Of a DNA stretch of 15,849 nucleotides, positions 1-8,835 are shown piece after piece. The translations under genes were made by a program, and so were the position numbers. The stretch is taken from assembly GCA_038824665.1 (NCBI GenBank), contig JAWBBK010000003.1, positions 108,031 through 123,879 of the forward strand, given 5' to 3'. The notes below the pieces were generated by a model. That model made no database searches, had not been told where the DNA came from, and worked only from the letters and a program-made list of their open reading frames with translations. Source of the stretch: Acidilobaceae archaeon. Its GTDB lineage: Archaea; Thermoproteota; Thermoprotei_A; Sulfolobales; Acidilobaceae. Each line of letters opens with the position of its first letter. The stretch's first letter is position 1.

Positions 1-396
1 TTCAGGTCTAGGAGGACATCCAGGTATGTACAGGTCTACAGGTATTATAGACTCAAGTCTTTCGACTAGAGAGTAAGACTGTTTGAACACTCCTCCATCA
101 TAAGCACAAGCTCCTATGGCCACCACGAGCTTAGGCTCTGGCATCTCTTCATAAATCTTTTTGAGTCTTTTAGCAGATTTCTTCGTCACAGCTCCTGTGA
201 CTAGAAGCACATCGGCATGTCTGGCTGAGGGAGCTAATCGTAAACCGAATCTCTCGGGGTCGTAAAGAGGACAGAGGGAAGCCAAGACCTCTATGTCACA
301 CCCATTGCAAGCACCTGTATTAAAATGTAAGATCCACGGAGAATACTTTATCAACCTTAACTTTAGATTGCTTCTCTTGGACTTCTTGTCTGTCAC
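1..396 (-). CDS. Group 4 membrane-bound [NiFe]-hydrogenase small subunit (MbhJ/EchC/NuoB family), 3' end runs off the window
   Basis: Not in the ORF track. Manual minus-strand translation from GTG at 396 (in-frame TAG lies three codons upstream): MTDKKSKRSNLKLRLIKYSPWILHFNTGACNGCDIEVLASLCPLYDPERFG...SARHADVLLVTG...PEPKLVVAIGACAYDGGVF...VDLYIPGCPPRPE. All four Fe-S Cys motifs are present (CxxC, GAC, PGCPP). CNGC is the hydrogenase-type motif, not the CC of NuoB. Confidence 0.9.
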   Translation of the reverse strand, partial: MTDKKSKRSNLKLRLIKYSPWILHFNTGACNGCDIEVLASLCPLYDPERFGLRLAPSARHADVLLVTGAVTKKSAKRLKKIYEEMPEPKLVVAIGACAYDGGVFKQSYSLVERLESIIPVDLYIPGCPPRPE

Positions 397-503
397 CTTT
401 ACCTATGTCACCCAATTTATTGCTTACTATTCAAAAGTTTTATTCAATTTATAGTTATGTTCAGACTCGAAAAACAGGCTTTAGGCTCTTTCCGAGCGCA
501 GAG

Positions 504-1268
504 TTGGATAGGTGTAGACTTCTGTCTCAAAGCTTCCGATTTGGCAAGGGATTTGTAGTCAAAAGACTTTTTGACAATATAGCATATAAATACGACTTAG
601 CTAACGTTGTGATAAGCCTCGGCTTTTCGGAGGTCTGGAGAAAGAAGGCAGTGAACTTCTGTAAGGTAAAGGGTAAAGAAAGAATGGTTCTTGATCTCTG
701 CTCGGGCACAGGAGCTCTCTCTTTTGAGGTCCTCAAGTCTTTAGGGCCCTATTCGGTTGTCGTGGGGGTAGACTTTTCACAAAACATGACACGTATAGCG
801 GTCGAGCGGTCTAGAACGAAGAGGTTAGATGACAGAGCGCTTTTCATCGAAGGAGACGTGTTGAGTCTCCCATTGAGAGACAACATTTTCGATTGTGTTT
901 TAACGGCGTTTTGTTTGAGAAACGTAGAGAGCCTAGAAGACATGTTCAGAGAAGCCTATAGAGTCTTGAAGCCAGGAGGGGTTTTTGTGGCTCTCGATCT
1001 TTCAATGCCTTCAAATACTGTGGTCAGAAAGGTCTACGAAAAGTACTTGAGATTTTTTGTAGGACCTGTCGGAGACACGATTTCTGGAAGACCCCATTAC
1101 TATCACTACATTGCCGAATCTCTTCAAAACTATCCAGACAAACGTGAGTTAGGAAAGACAATAGCGAGAGCTGGGTTCTCTAGGGTCAGATACTATGAGT
1201 TCAATTTGGGTGCTGTCTCTATACATGTAGGTGAAAAAGCTATGCCGAGAGCAGATCGAGAGCAGTGA
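504..1268 (+). CDS. ubiE: UbiE/MenG-family SAM-dependent quinone C-methyltransferase
   Basis: [20 protein letters not shown]...[46 protein letters not shown]. The first 33 codons of ORF 405-1268 overlap the divergent promoter and look non-coding, so TTG at 504 or a slightly later codon is the likelier start. Confidence 0.88.
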   Translation: MDRCRLLSQSFRFGKGFVVKRLFDNIAYKYDLANVVISLGFSEVWRKKAVNFCKVKGKERMVLDLCSGTGALSFEVLKSLGPYSVVVGVDFSQNMTRIAVERSRTKRLDDRALFIEGDVLSLPLRDNIFDCVLTAFCLRNVESLEDMFREAYRVLKPGGVFVALDLSMPSNTVVRKVYEKYLRFFVGPVGDTISGRPHYYHYIAESLQNYPDKRELGKTIARAGFSRVRYYEFNLGAVSIHVGEKAMPRADREQ

Positions 1269-2550
1269 ACATCTCTAAGGCTTCGCTCTCTCTGAAACAA
1301 TAATGAACCCTGACGTATTTGCTTCTGAACTCCTCGACTTCTCTGGCTACAGCTCTAGGATCTTCAGCCTTGATTAATACCCTATATATAAGCTCGGCTA
1401 AGTACTTCATCTCGCTTTTACCCATACCTAACCTGGTTACTTCTTGAGTACCGAGCCTGATTCCGCTAGGGTTTTTCACAGCCTCAGGGGGATCCCAAGG
1501 AAGGAGGTTTTTGTTCACTATTATTCCAGCTTCTTCAAGACGCTTAGCCACGTAGTCTCCTCCACCTACGTTTCTTACGTCAACTAGAACTTGATGACTC
1601 TCAGTAAAGCCTAAGTGTTCACCAACTACTTTAAACCCTAAGGAGGCGAGTTCTTGAGCTAACGTCTTGGAGTTCTCAACTATAGCTCTAGAGTACTCAG
1701 CTCCATACACCTTCATTTCTAGAGCGGTGACTAAAGTAGCGGGAATTCTGTGAAGATGGTGATTGCTTACAAACCAGGGAAAAACGGTTTTCGAGACGAC
1801 CCTATAGAGTTCTTCGTCGGTGAACGCTATCACTCCTCCTTGCGGACCAGGAAACGTCTTGTGTGTAGAAGCGGTTAGAACGTCGGCTCCGACTTTGAGA
1901 GCGTTTCTCCAAACTCCTCCAACTATCAAGCCGAGCACATGTGCAGCATCGTAAACCAGCTTGCCGTTTACTGAACGGACTGCCTGAGAGAGTTCTTCAA
2001 CTGGGTGGGGGAACAGGTAGACGCTACCGCCTAATACTACGAACTTCGGCTTCTCCTTTTCGATAACTTTAACTGCTTTGTCCACATCTATGTTCATGCG
2101 CTCCTCATCATAAGGTAGCTCTATCTGCTTTATGCCCAGAGCTCCAAGAGTGCCAAACTTTGTGTGACTCACATGAGCTCCTGCTTGAACGGGTGCTATT
2201 GCTGCTTTGTCTCCGGGTTCTGTTAGAGCTCTGAAGACAGCAGCGTTAGCTATGGTACCGCTAACGGGCCTCAGGTCTACCATTGAAACTCCTAGTAGCT
2301 CTCCCATTACGTTCTCAGCTAGAGACTCTAATTTATCTATATAGAGCGTGCCTTGATAGTATCTCTTGAAAGGTCTGCCTTCTGCATATCTATGCATAAA
2401 GTCGCTCATGTATGCTTTGAGAGCGATAGGACTCATGATGTTCTCTGAAGCTATCAGGTTTATGGTCTTTCTTAACCTCCAGACGTTCGCTTCAGTGGTT
2501 AAGCTTAAGACCTGTTTCAAAAGCAGAAGAGCCTGCCCTTTCTGACTCAT
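1240..2550 (-). CDS. glyA: Serine hydroxymethyltransferase (archaeal type)
   Basis: [32 protein letters not shown]-lysine motif [26 protein letters not shown]. Confidence 0.97.
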   Translation of the reverse strand: MSQKGQALLLLKQVLSLTTEANVWRLRKTINLIASENIMSPIALKAYMSDFMHRYAEGRPFKRYYQGTLYIDKLESLAENVMGELLGVSMVDLRPVSGTIANAAVFRALTEPGDKAAIAPVQAGAHVSHTKFGTLGALGIKQIELPYDEERMNIDVDKAVKVIEKEKPKFVVLGGSVYLFPHPVEELSQAVRSVNGKLVYDAAHVLGLIVGGVWRNALKVGADVLTASTHKTFPGPQGGVIAFTDEELYRVVSKTVFPWFVSNHHLHRIPATLVTALEMKVYGAEYSRAIVENSKTLAQELASLGFKVVGEHLGFTESHQVLVDVRNVGGGDYVAKRLEEAGIIVNKNLLPWDPPEAVKNPSGIRLGTQEVTRLGMGKSEMKYLAELIYRVLIKAEDPRAVAREVEEFRSKYVRVHYCFRESEALEMFTALDLLSA

Positions 2551-2672
2551 CGAGTTCCTCCAAGCTAAAGGTCTTGAAGACCTAAAGGTTAAATTCGCTA
2601 GGCCTCTTTTGATTTACAAAAGTAATACTGAGGAACTCTCGATAACTCTTCTGACGACCACTCTCGCGGAGG

Positions 2673-3035
2673 GTGGTAACCATCAGAGTTACAGTATATA
2701 CTGACCTAGGCACTGAGTGCGACGAACTACCGTCCAGACTCTTCGAACTCTTCACTAAGATGAGAGACGCTTACGGTGTAGAGATCTATATGGAAGTTAT
2801 CGATAGAGGTCTTCTCTTGGGCTTCTCGAACTCCCTTGCTGTGATAAGCATTAAAGGATACGATATAACCTTTGAGTGTAGCAAGCTCAGCGAGTCTCTT
2901 TTGGAAAGCTTAGAAGAGGAGGTCTTAAGAGTTGTGGCATCGCTCTCGAGACAGTTCAGCTCTTCAGAGGAACCAACGACTTTGATTAGAGCTAGACAAC
3001 CTCCGCTAGACGCCACGATAGAGATCGAGAGTTAA
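2673..3035 (+). CDS. Hypothetical protein, possibly thioredoxin/glutaredoxin-like fold
   Basis: GTG start preceded by GGAGG. The 120-aa ORF fills the gap before the tRNA and has a beta-alpha-beta pattern with ECD after the first strand. Confidence 0.65.
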   Translation: MVTIRVTVYTDLGTECDELPSRLFELFTKMRDAYGVEIYMEVIDRGLLLGFSNSLAVISIKGYDITFECSKLSESLLESLEEEVLRVVASLSRQFSSSEEPTTLIRARQPPLDATIEIES

Positions 3036-3051
3036 AGGCCGGTCTTGCATA

Positions 3052-3062
3052 CAAAGTTTAAG
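3052..3062 (+). promoter_or_regulatory. BRE/TATA box of tRNA-Leu
   Basis: AAAGTTTAAG about 30 nt upstream of the mature tRNA start. Confidence 0.55.
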
Positions 3063-3093
3063 CTTCGGAGTCATAATCTTAGTCGGACCTAGA

Positions 3094-3178
3094 GCGGGGG
3101 TGCCCGAGCCAGGCCAAAGGGGGCGGGCTTAAGACCCGTTGGCGTAGGCCTGCGTGGGTTCAAATCCCACCCCCCGCA
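3094..3178 (+). tRNA. tRNA-Leu(TAA), intronless, CCA not encoded
   Basis: Acceptor stem GCGGGGG/CCCCCGC plus discriminator A, anticodon arm GCGGG-CT-TAA-GA-CCCGT, long variable arm, T arm GTGGG-TTCAAAT-CCCAC. Confidence 0.97.
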
Positions 3179-3210
3179 TCACATCAATTATAGTTCTGTC
3201 GATAAGAGAA

Positions 3211-4005
3211 CTACGTTAGGCTAAAGCCTCCATCAACAACTACGAGAGATCCAGTGATGAAGGAAGCTTTCTCCGAAGCCAAGAAGGCCACTACAGAGCC
3301 CACCTCTTCAGGATTGCCAAGCCTCTTTAAAGGTATCTTTTCAGCTATATTCTTGATTACTATATCGGGACTGACGCCTAGCCTATTGGCTTCGGCTTCC
3401 GCTAGTTCTCTGACCCTGTCAGTGAGTACGAACGACGGTAAAACAGCATTTACAGTTACGTTATAAGGAGCCAGCTCTAAGGCTAAGTCCTTTACCAGAC
3501 CGGCTATCGGTGTTCTAAGCACATTACTTGAGGCCAGATTTCTCAGTGGCTTAAGGAGGGTGATCGAGGCTATGTATACTATTCTTCCCCATCTTTTCTT
3601 CATCATTAGTTTAGCTGCTTCACGCGAGGTTATGATGGCACTTGATACCAAAAGTCTATAGGTCTGTTCCCAGTCTTCATCAGTTAATTCAAAAAACCCT
3701 CCTGGCTTTGGACCCCCAGTACTATATACTAGAATATGAAGCTCTCCATACTCATGCTCTAAGTACTTGAATAGATTGTGTAGGTCTTCTCTCTTCGTCA
3801 AGTCCCCAACATAGACGTCTACGCGAGCTTCTCCTCTTTCGTTCTTCAAAACTGTTTTAGCTTGCTCTAATCTCTCTCTACTCCTTGCGAAGAGAATTAC
3901 GTCAGCACCCTCTCTAACTAAAACTCTAGCTGAGGCCAAACCTAGACCTCTGCTAGCTCCTGTAACGAGAGCGAGTTTACCCGATAAACCTAAGTCCAAA
4001 GACAT
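3211..4005 (-). CDS. Short-chain dehydrogenase/reductase (FabG-like SDR, atypical active site)
   Basis: LVTGASRGLG Rossmann motif, WGRIV, IPLKRLGNPEE, FITGS-VVVDGG. SNVLR replaces the YxxxK motif, as in a known SDR subclass. Confidence 0.92.
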   Translation of the reverse strand: MSLDLGLSGKLALVTGASRGLGLASARVLVREGADVILFARSRERLEQAKTVLKNERGEARVDVYVGDLTKREDLHNLFKYLEHEYGELHILVYSTGGPKPGGFFELTDEDWEQTYRLLVSSAIITSREAAKLMMKKRWGRIVYIASITLLKPLRNLASSNVLRTPIAGLVKDLALELAPYNVTVNAVLPSFVLTDRVRELAEAEANRLGVSPDIVIKNIAEKIPLKRLGNPEEVGSVVAFLASEKASFITGSLVVVDGGFSLT

Positions 4006-4092
4006 CTCCTCGATCTAGTCTGGAGAAGGAGTTAAATTGACTTGCTGGAGCAGATCCGGAGCCGACATAAACAAGCATAAACAAGAGGTAGT

Positions 4093-4971
4093 TCAGTGAG
4101 ACGCGTTTCGAACAGAACTCCATACTTGTAGTCCTGATCTAGAAGGTTCCAGCAAGTACATCTTTAATCCGAAGCCTTTGAGTTCTTCATAGACTTCAAG
4201 AGTTCTCTCTCGTTCGACTAAGAGAATTAAGACTCCCTTCTTAACGTAGGCTGTGACGAGTCCAGAGAGTTTTTCAACTAGTTCTGAAATCCTTTCTCCT
4301 AAGGTTTTCTTCAAGACTCCACTCTCTTTATTGAAGAGGTTCACGTTCTCAATGAACGATTCAAACGTTGGGTTTTCTAAAATCGCTTCGAGACGCTCTC
4401 TAGCCAAACGAAAAGCCTTGCTCTTAAAAAAGTGCTCTAAAAACTCTCTAGTTTCCATAGTTTTCAGGACTATTCCCAAAATAGATACAGAGCCGGGAAG
4501 AGGTTTACAGTCTACCTCTCCAATGCCCGGAGCTCCTGCTCTGAATCTGAAGACCAGTCCAATTCCACACGATATAGCCAAGACGTCGCCTAAGCCGGTA
4601 CGCTCTACGACCTCAGCTATATGAGCTACTTGAAGAGACCTCCTTAAGCTCAAACCCAATCGAGACCCTAGCGCTAGAGCCAGCGCTGTGGCAGTAGCTC
4701 CGCTAACGGCAAACCCCACAGCTGGAGGCAGAGGTCTAATCGTCTTTACGCCAATTTCCTGAACTCCGAGCAAATCGACTACTCTTTTTGCTGTAGGACC
4801 CAAAGAATTGACGCTCTTTTCTCCTTCTTCACAGACTAGAAGTCTGGGCTCTACAGTTATTCCAACACCTCTTGATCCGGAAGCCAAAGGGTCGGAGGGA
4901 TTTATTGAAGGCTCAAAGAGAGCCGTTACATGATGAGGTGCTGAAGCACAAAACCTTGTGTTCTTCATCAT
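4093..4971 (-). CDS. Pantoate kinase (archaeal PoK, GHMP superfamily)
   Basis: PHHVTALF, GSRGVG, PLP-AVGFAVSGA (GHMP loop), AHIAEV-RTGLGDV, R-RAGAPG-GEVD. ATGA overlap with coaBC. Confidence 0.9.
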   Translation of the reverse strand: MMKNTRFCASAPHHVTALFEPSINPSDPLASGSRGVGITVEPRLLVCEEGEKSVNSLGPTAKRVVDLLGVQEIGVKTIRPLPPAVGFAVSGATATALALALGSRLGLSLRRSLQVAHIAEVVERTGLGDVLAISCGIGLVFRFRAGAPGIGEVDCKPLPGSVSILGIVLKTMETREFLEHFFKSKAFRLARERLEAILENPTFESFIENVNLFNKESGVLKKTLGERISELVEKLSGLVTAYVKKGVLILLVERERTLEVYEELKGFGLKMYLLEPSRSGLQVWSSVRNASH

Positions 4972-6221
4972 TGAGTCTTCCTCTTGACCGTCTTCACCAC
5001 CTCATCGACCACGTGTCTAGCTAATACCTCTTTGTGAACGTATCCTAAATACCTCATTGTCTTATCTTTCCATATCATTAGGACATTAAGGTCTTCGGTT
5101 CCAAAGCCCTTAACGGTCTTGTATGCAGTGTTAGCAATAACTATGTCAGCTTCGTACTTACTTAACTTCTCTAATCCGGCTTCCGAGAGCCCCTCTAAAT
5201 CCTCTCGAGGCGTCGCTGTAAAGACCACGAGGACCTTCGGTTTCTGTTTGATTGAATTAAGGACTTTGATCGTAGGCTTTAGCTTTATTAAAACTTCGGA
5301 GCTACTTGAAAGCTTTACGTTTTCGTATTTGGGTTCAACTTCGAAGTCAATCGGGGCTGCAGCAGAAATTATAGCGTCGTACTCTTTAGTTTCAGTCAAT
5401 CGGGCTACAACATCTGCCATTTCTTTAGTGGTCTCGACAGATAGCGGATTTAAGAATGTCGGCGGTTTGATGCTACTAGCTCCAATTACTAGGTCTACGT
5501 TAGCTCCTCGAGCCCACGCTTCTAGAGCTATTTCTAAAGCCATTTTGCCGCTACTAGCGTTAGTGAGAAATCTTATAGAATCAACCCACTCTCTCGTAGC
5601 TCCTCCGGTGACGAGAATTCTAAGTCCTCGAGCATCTTTACCTCTACAAGCTAGAGTAGCCGTTACTCTTCCTATAATGGCAGGGTCTTCCATTACGAGT
5701 CTTGAGCCCTCAGTTCTAGGAGGTATTATCGTAACTCCTTGTTCATTCAGTTTTACAACAACATCTCTATATTGGGGGATTGAGGCCAAGCTTGAGTGTA
5801 GAGCAGGAGCAACAACTATAGGCTTCTCATAACCTAGAGCTGAAAGAGCAGCTAATACTACAGGATTATCGGCTATGCCGTAAGCGAGTTTTGAGAGCGA
5901 CGAGAGCGTAGCAGGAGCCATGACTAGAGCATGAGACATCTTGACTATAGATATGTGCTCAGTCTGTCCTCCAAGTTCAGACACAGGACGGACTCCGGAA
6001 GCCCATTCTAAGAGGTCGGGACCCACGTATCGCAGAGCTTCAGAAGTTGCAAAAGGGACTACAGAGGCTGACCTTCTCAAAAACCACCGGATCAGATCGA
6101 CGGTTCTATAGGCAGCTACACTACCCGTGAGCCCTACTATTATCTGTTTTCCTTCAAGATACCTATTGATAGAACCTTTTATATCAGACGCGGGATGTTC
6201 AAACTCGTAGGTTACAGTCAA
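4968..6221 (-). CDS. coaBC: Bifunctional phosphopantothenoylcysteine decarboxylase/synthetase (Dfp)
   Basis: GLTGSVAAY, EHI, MAPAT-SKLAYGIADN, APALH, ILVTGGATRE-VDSIRFLTNASSGKM, AAAPIDF, K-ADIVIAN. Confidence 0.95.
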   Translation of the reverse strand: MTVTYEFEHPASDIKGSINRYLEGKQIIVGLTGSVAAYRTVDLIRWFLRRSASVVPFATSEALRYVGPDLLEWASGVRPVSELGGQTEHISIVKMSHALVMAPATLSSLSKLAYGIADNPVVLAALSALGYEKPIVVAPALHSSLASIPQYRDVVVKLNEQGVTIIPPRTEGSRLVMEDPAIIGRVTATLACRGKDARGLRILVTGGATREWVDSIRFLTNASSGKMALEIALEAWARGANVDLVIGASSIKPPTFLNPLSVETTKEMADVVARLTETKEYDAIISAAAPIDFEVEPKYENVKLSSSSEVLIKLKPTIKVLNSIKQKPKVLVVFTATPREDLEGLSEAGLEKLSKYEADIVIANTAYKTVKGFGTEDLNVLMIWKDKTMRYLGYVHKEVLARHVVDEVVKTVKRKTQ

Positions 6222-6253
6222 CTCTTAACTCCAGGTACGTAGTTCTCTAAAGG

Positions 6254-6275
6254 CTTTAAAAGACCAGATATAAAT
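6254..6275. promoter_or_regulatory. Divergent TATA boxes for coaBC (minus) and rimI (plus; probably leaderless)
   Basis: CTTTAAAA at 6254-6261 and ATATAAAT at 6268-6275. The second lies about 23 nt upstream of ATG 6298. Confidence 0.5.
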
Positions 6276-6297
6276 TATTCTTTCATGGAGATTAGCT

Positions 6298-6858
6298 ATG
6301 GAGGAGGTCATCATAAGGAAAGCTAGAGAAGAGGACATTCCAGCGGTAGCAGAGGTCAACCTAGCCAGTCTTCCTGAAAACTATTGGTACGGCTTCTACA
6401 AAGAGTTTGTTGAGAAATGGGGAGAAGCCTTTCTCGTAGCCGAGGTCGATGGTAAGATAGTGGGATACGTTATGAGCAGGATAGAATATCATCGAGATCC
6501 CACGCTTTTAGGTCTTAGAGATGAACTCAATGAGGTCCCAAAGCCTTTAATGAACAAGCTCGCCGAAGACGTAATATCGTATCTCACTTCAGAACAGCAG
6601 AAGGTTGGACACCTGGTATCTATAGCCGTCTTAGCTTCCTATAGAGGCAGAGGAATAGGTTCAAGACTGTTAGCGGAGAGCATCAGAGTCGTCAGAGACA
6701 TTTATGAAGCCATCTCTATGTATCTTGAGGTTAGAGTGTCGAACTATGTGGCTGTTAGGCTCTACGAAAAGTTTGGATTTCGAAAGGTTAGGTTGGCAAG
6801 AGGTTACTATTCTGACGGCGAAGACGCTTACATCATGGTTAAAAGATTAAGAGTCTAA
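6298..6858 (+). CDS. rimI: N-alpha-acetyltransferase, RimI/Ard1 family (GNAT)
   Basis: N-SLPENY, FLVAEVDGKIVGYVMSRIE, GHLVSIAV-YRGRGIG, YLEVRVSN-A-LYEKFGF, YYSDGEDAYIM. Confidence 0.93.
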   Translation: MEEVIIRKAREEDIPAVAEVNLASLPENYWYGFYKEFVEKWGEAFLVAEVDGKIVGYVMSRIEYHRDPTLLGLRDELNEVPKPLMNKLAEDVISYLTSEQQKVGHLVSIAVLASYRGRGIGSRLLAESIRVVRDIYEAISMYLEVRVSNYVAVRLYEKFGFRKVRLARGYYSDGEDAYIMVKRLRV

Positions 6859-6897
6859 ATTTGTTTTTTGACTAACGAAGAAAGAGGTGCAAAACTC

Positions 6898-7614
6898 GTG
6901 ATCTTTTGCGATAGACCTCTTATCTTGGGAGAACCCTTACCTAAAGTCAAGATTGAGACTACTCAGGGAACAAAAACCTTACCTGAAGATTATCGGGGCA
7001 AGTGGCTCGTAATATTCAGCTATCCAGCTAATTTCACAGGACTTTCCGCTACAGAGCTTGCCGCTCTGGCGTTAAGTTATGAAGAGTTTCGTAGACTCAA
7101 TACAGAAGTACTAGGTATAAGCGTAGACACCATTTTCAGTCACTTAGAGTGGATGAAATGGTTCGAAGAGAAATTGAATATAAGAATAGAGTTCCCTTTG
7201 ATCGCAGACCCTACAGGTATCGTTTCGAGAGCTTTATGTTTGATTCATGCTCAGCCCGTTCTCAAACCTGTGCGAGCTAGTATTATCGTAGACGAAGAAG
7301 GTATTGTGAGAAGCGTTCTCTATTATCCCAAATATGTTGGTAGAAGCGTACGGGAACTTCTCAGGATATTGTACGCTCTTCAAATCAATAAGAGCACAGA
7401 CAAGCTAATCCCTGCAGAGTGGCCTGAAGGAGTTCTCGTTGGAGAGAAGTTATTAACTCATCCAGCGCATAGAGCTAAAGAAATGAAAGAGCGCTTAAAA
7501 AGTAGCAACTGCATTGAGTGGTGGATGTGTTTTGAAGAGATAGAGCATCATATTGTTGATGAAGCTAAAAGGCTGACAGGTTATCTATTTGAAAGGAAGC
7601 GGTGGACTTCTTGA
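6898..7614 (+). CDS. Peroxiredoxin (archaeal Prx6/TPx type) lacking the peroxidatic cysteine
   Basis: GKW-IFSYPANFT, G-SVD-FSH-W, FPLIADP, VRA-IIVD-G-VR, YYP-VGR, PAEWP, CIEWWMC. GTG at 6898 follows GAGGTG and is in frame with ORF 6868. Confidence 0.88.
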   Translation: MIFCDRPLILGEPLPKVKIETTQGTKTLPEDYRGKWLVIFSYPANFTGLSATELAALALSYEEFRRLNTEVLGISVDTIFSHLEWMKWFEEKLNIRIEFPLIADPTGIVSRALCLIHAQPVLKPVRASIIVDEEGIVRSVLYYPKYVGRSVRELLRILYALQINKSTDKLIPAEWPEGVLVGEKLLTHPAHRAKEMKERLKSSNCIEWWMCFEEIEHHIVDEAKRLTGYLFERKRWTS

Positions 7615-8831
7615 AGCTTGTAGATATAGTCTCACTCATACCAGAATATGAGCTAAGCATCTGGGACGTAATAGACGAGATCAAAAAAATTCTCGAAACT
7701 TGGCGGGTCAGCTGTATAAAACCAATAGAGAAGCGTGTAGTCAATAAAGACCTTGTGGTCTATTGGGCTCTCAAACGACTAGACACGAAGTACGTTCCTG
7801 TTTGTGAGGAACAAGAAGAAACAGAGGTTTCTCTAGAGGATTTGGGGTTCTACGATAATATAATTGGCGACCAGACAAGAGTATTCTACAACGTTGTAGA
7901 CGCTATAGCTAGAAGCGGTCCTACGCCTTTGGTCAAACTAGAAGACTTTAGCACTCATAAAGTAAGGGTATGGGCAAAACTTGAATGGTACTGGCCCTGT
8001 AGCCTAAGTTTAAAGGATAGGATAGCCTATCACATGGTGAAAGACTTGCAGTCAAGAGGGCTTACGAACGGAAAAATTTTAATCGATGCATCATCAGGAA
8101 ACTTCGCGGTATCTCTACGCGCTCTTTCGAGATGGTTCGGTTACAATACTCGGATATATGCACCAGCGAGACCCGGAAGATTTGGAAAGTATTCTAAATT
8201 GTTTCTAGAACTAACCAAGACAGAGATAGTTCCAATGGATGTAGGAACCACAGTCGAAGCGATTTCAAGAGTTCTTGAAGAAGGAGCTAAAGAGCCCAAT
8301 GTCGTTATAGCTAGTCAACTCACCAACGATATGAATTTTGAAGCTCATTTGAAGACTATGGCTAAAGAAATAGATTTTCAAGCTAAAGCTCACAACCTTA
8401 ACTTAGTAGCGATAGCCGGACCTCTAGGAACTTCAGGTCATATGGCGGCTCTTAATTTCTATTTTAGAAGCAAATTTAAAGGAAAGGTAAAGACCATTAT
8501 GGCTCAACCCGCTAAAGACGACCACATACCTGGCATAAGAAGGGTCGAGACTGGCATGAAATGGTTAGAGGCAATAGGAGAAGATTACACGATAATTGAC
8601 GTAACTTCGCTAGAGGCAATGAGATATCTAGAAAAGCTAGCCGAGTCTGACGGTATCCTTCCAGGACCGACAAGCGGTGCAGCGTTGGCGGCTTTGATGA
8701 AGTATCTAGAGAGTAGCGAAGGTAAGAAACTTGAAGGTGACGCAGTAGTTGTGTTTCCCGATCATGGGTTTAAATACATTGAGTGGATCGAGACGAAGCT
8801 GAAGTCGTTGAGAGGTGAAGAGAACCAGTAG
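7602..8831 (+). CDS. cysO: O-phosphoserine sulfhydrylase / cysteine synthase (Aeropyrum CysO type, with N-terminal extra domain)
   Basis: PTPLV, VWAKLEWY-P-SLSLKDR (PLP Lys), DASSGNF, NFEAH, LGTSGHM, IPGIRRVETGM, SDG-GPTSGAA, PD-GFKY. Colinear with the A. pernix OPSS sequence as I recall it. Confidence 0.88.
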   Translation: MDFLKLVDIVSLIPEYELSIWDVIDEIKKILETWRVSCIKPIEKRVVNKDLVVYWALKRLDTKYVPVCEEQEETEVSLEDLGFYDNIIGDQTRVFYNVVDAIARSGPTPLVKLEDFSTHKVRVWAKLEWYWPCSLSLKDRIAYHMVKDLQSRGLTNGKILIDASSGNFAVSLRALSRWFGYNTRIYAPARPGRFGKYSKLFLELTKTEIVPMDVGTTVEAISRVLEEGAKEPNVVIASQLTNDMNFEAHLKTMAKEIDFQAKAHNLNLVAIAGPLGTSGHMAALNFYFRSKFKGKVKTIMAQPAKDDHIPGIRRVETGMKWLEAIGEDYTIIDVTSLEAMRYLEKLAESDGILPGPTSGAALAALMKYLESSEGKKLEGDAVVVFPDHGFKYIEWIETKLKSLRGEENQ

Positions 8832-8835
8832 GCTT

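Noticed and set aside
1240-1268. 29-bp convergent overlap of ubiE and glyA 3' ends
   Set aside because: Common in compact crenarchaeal genomes.
3094-3210. tRNA-Leu as an integration site
   Set aside because: No integrase, no duplicated tRNA 3' end and no compositional shift; the flanks are housekeeping genes.
5640-5810. CoaC domain lacks the bacterial GxLACG catalytic clamp
   Set aside because: This is a known feature of archaeal Dfp proteins. The LACRG in the linker is probably coincidental.
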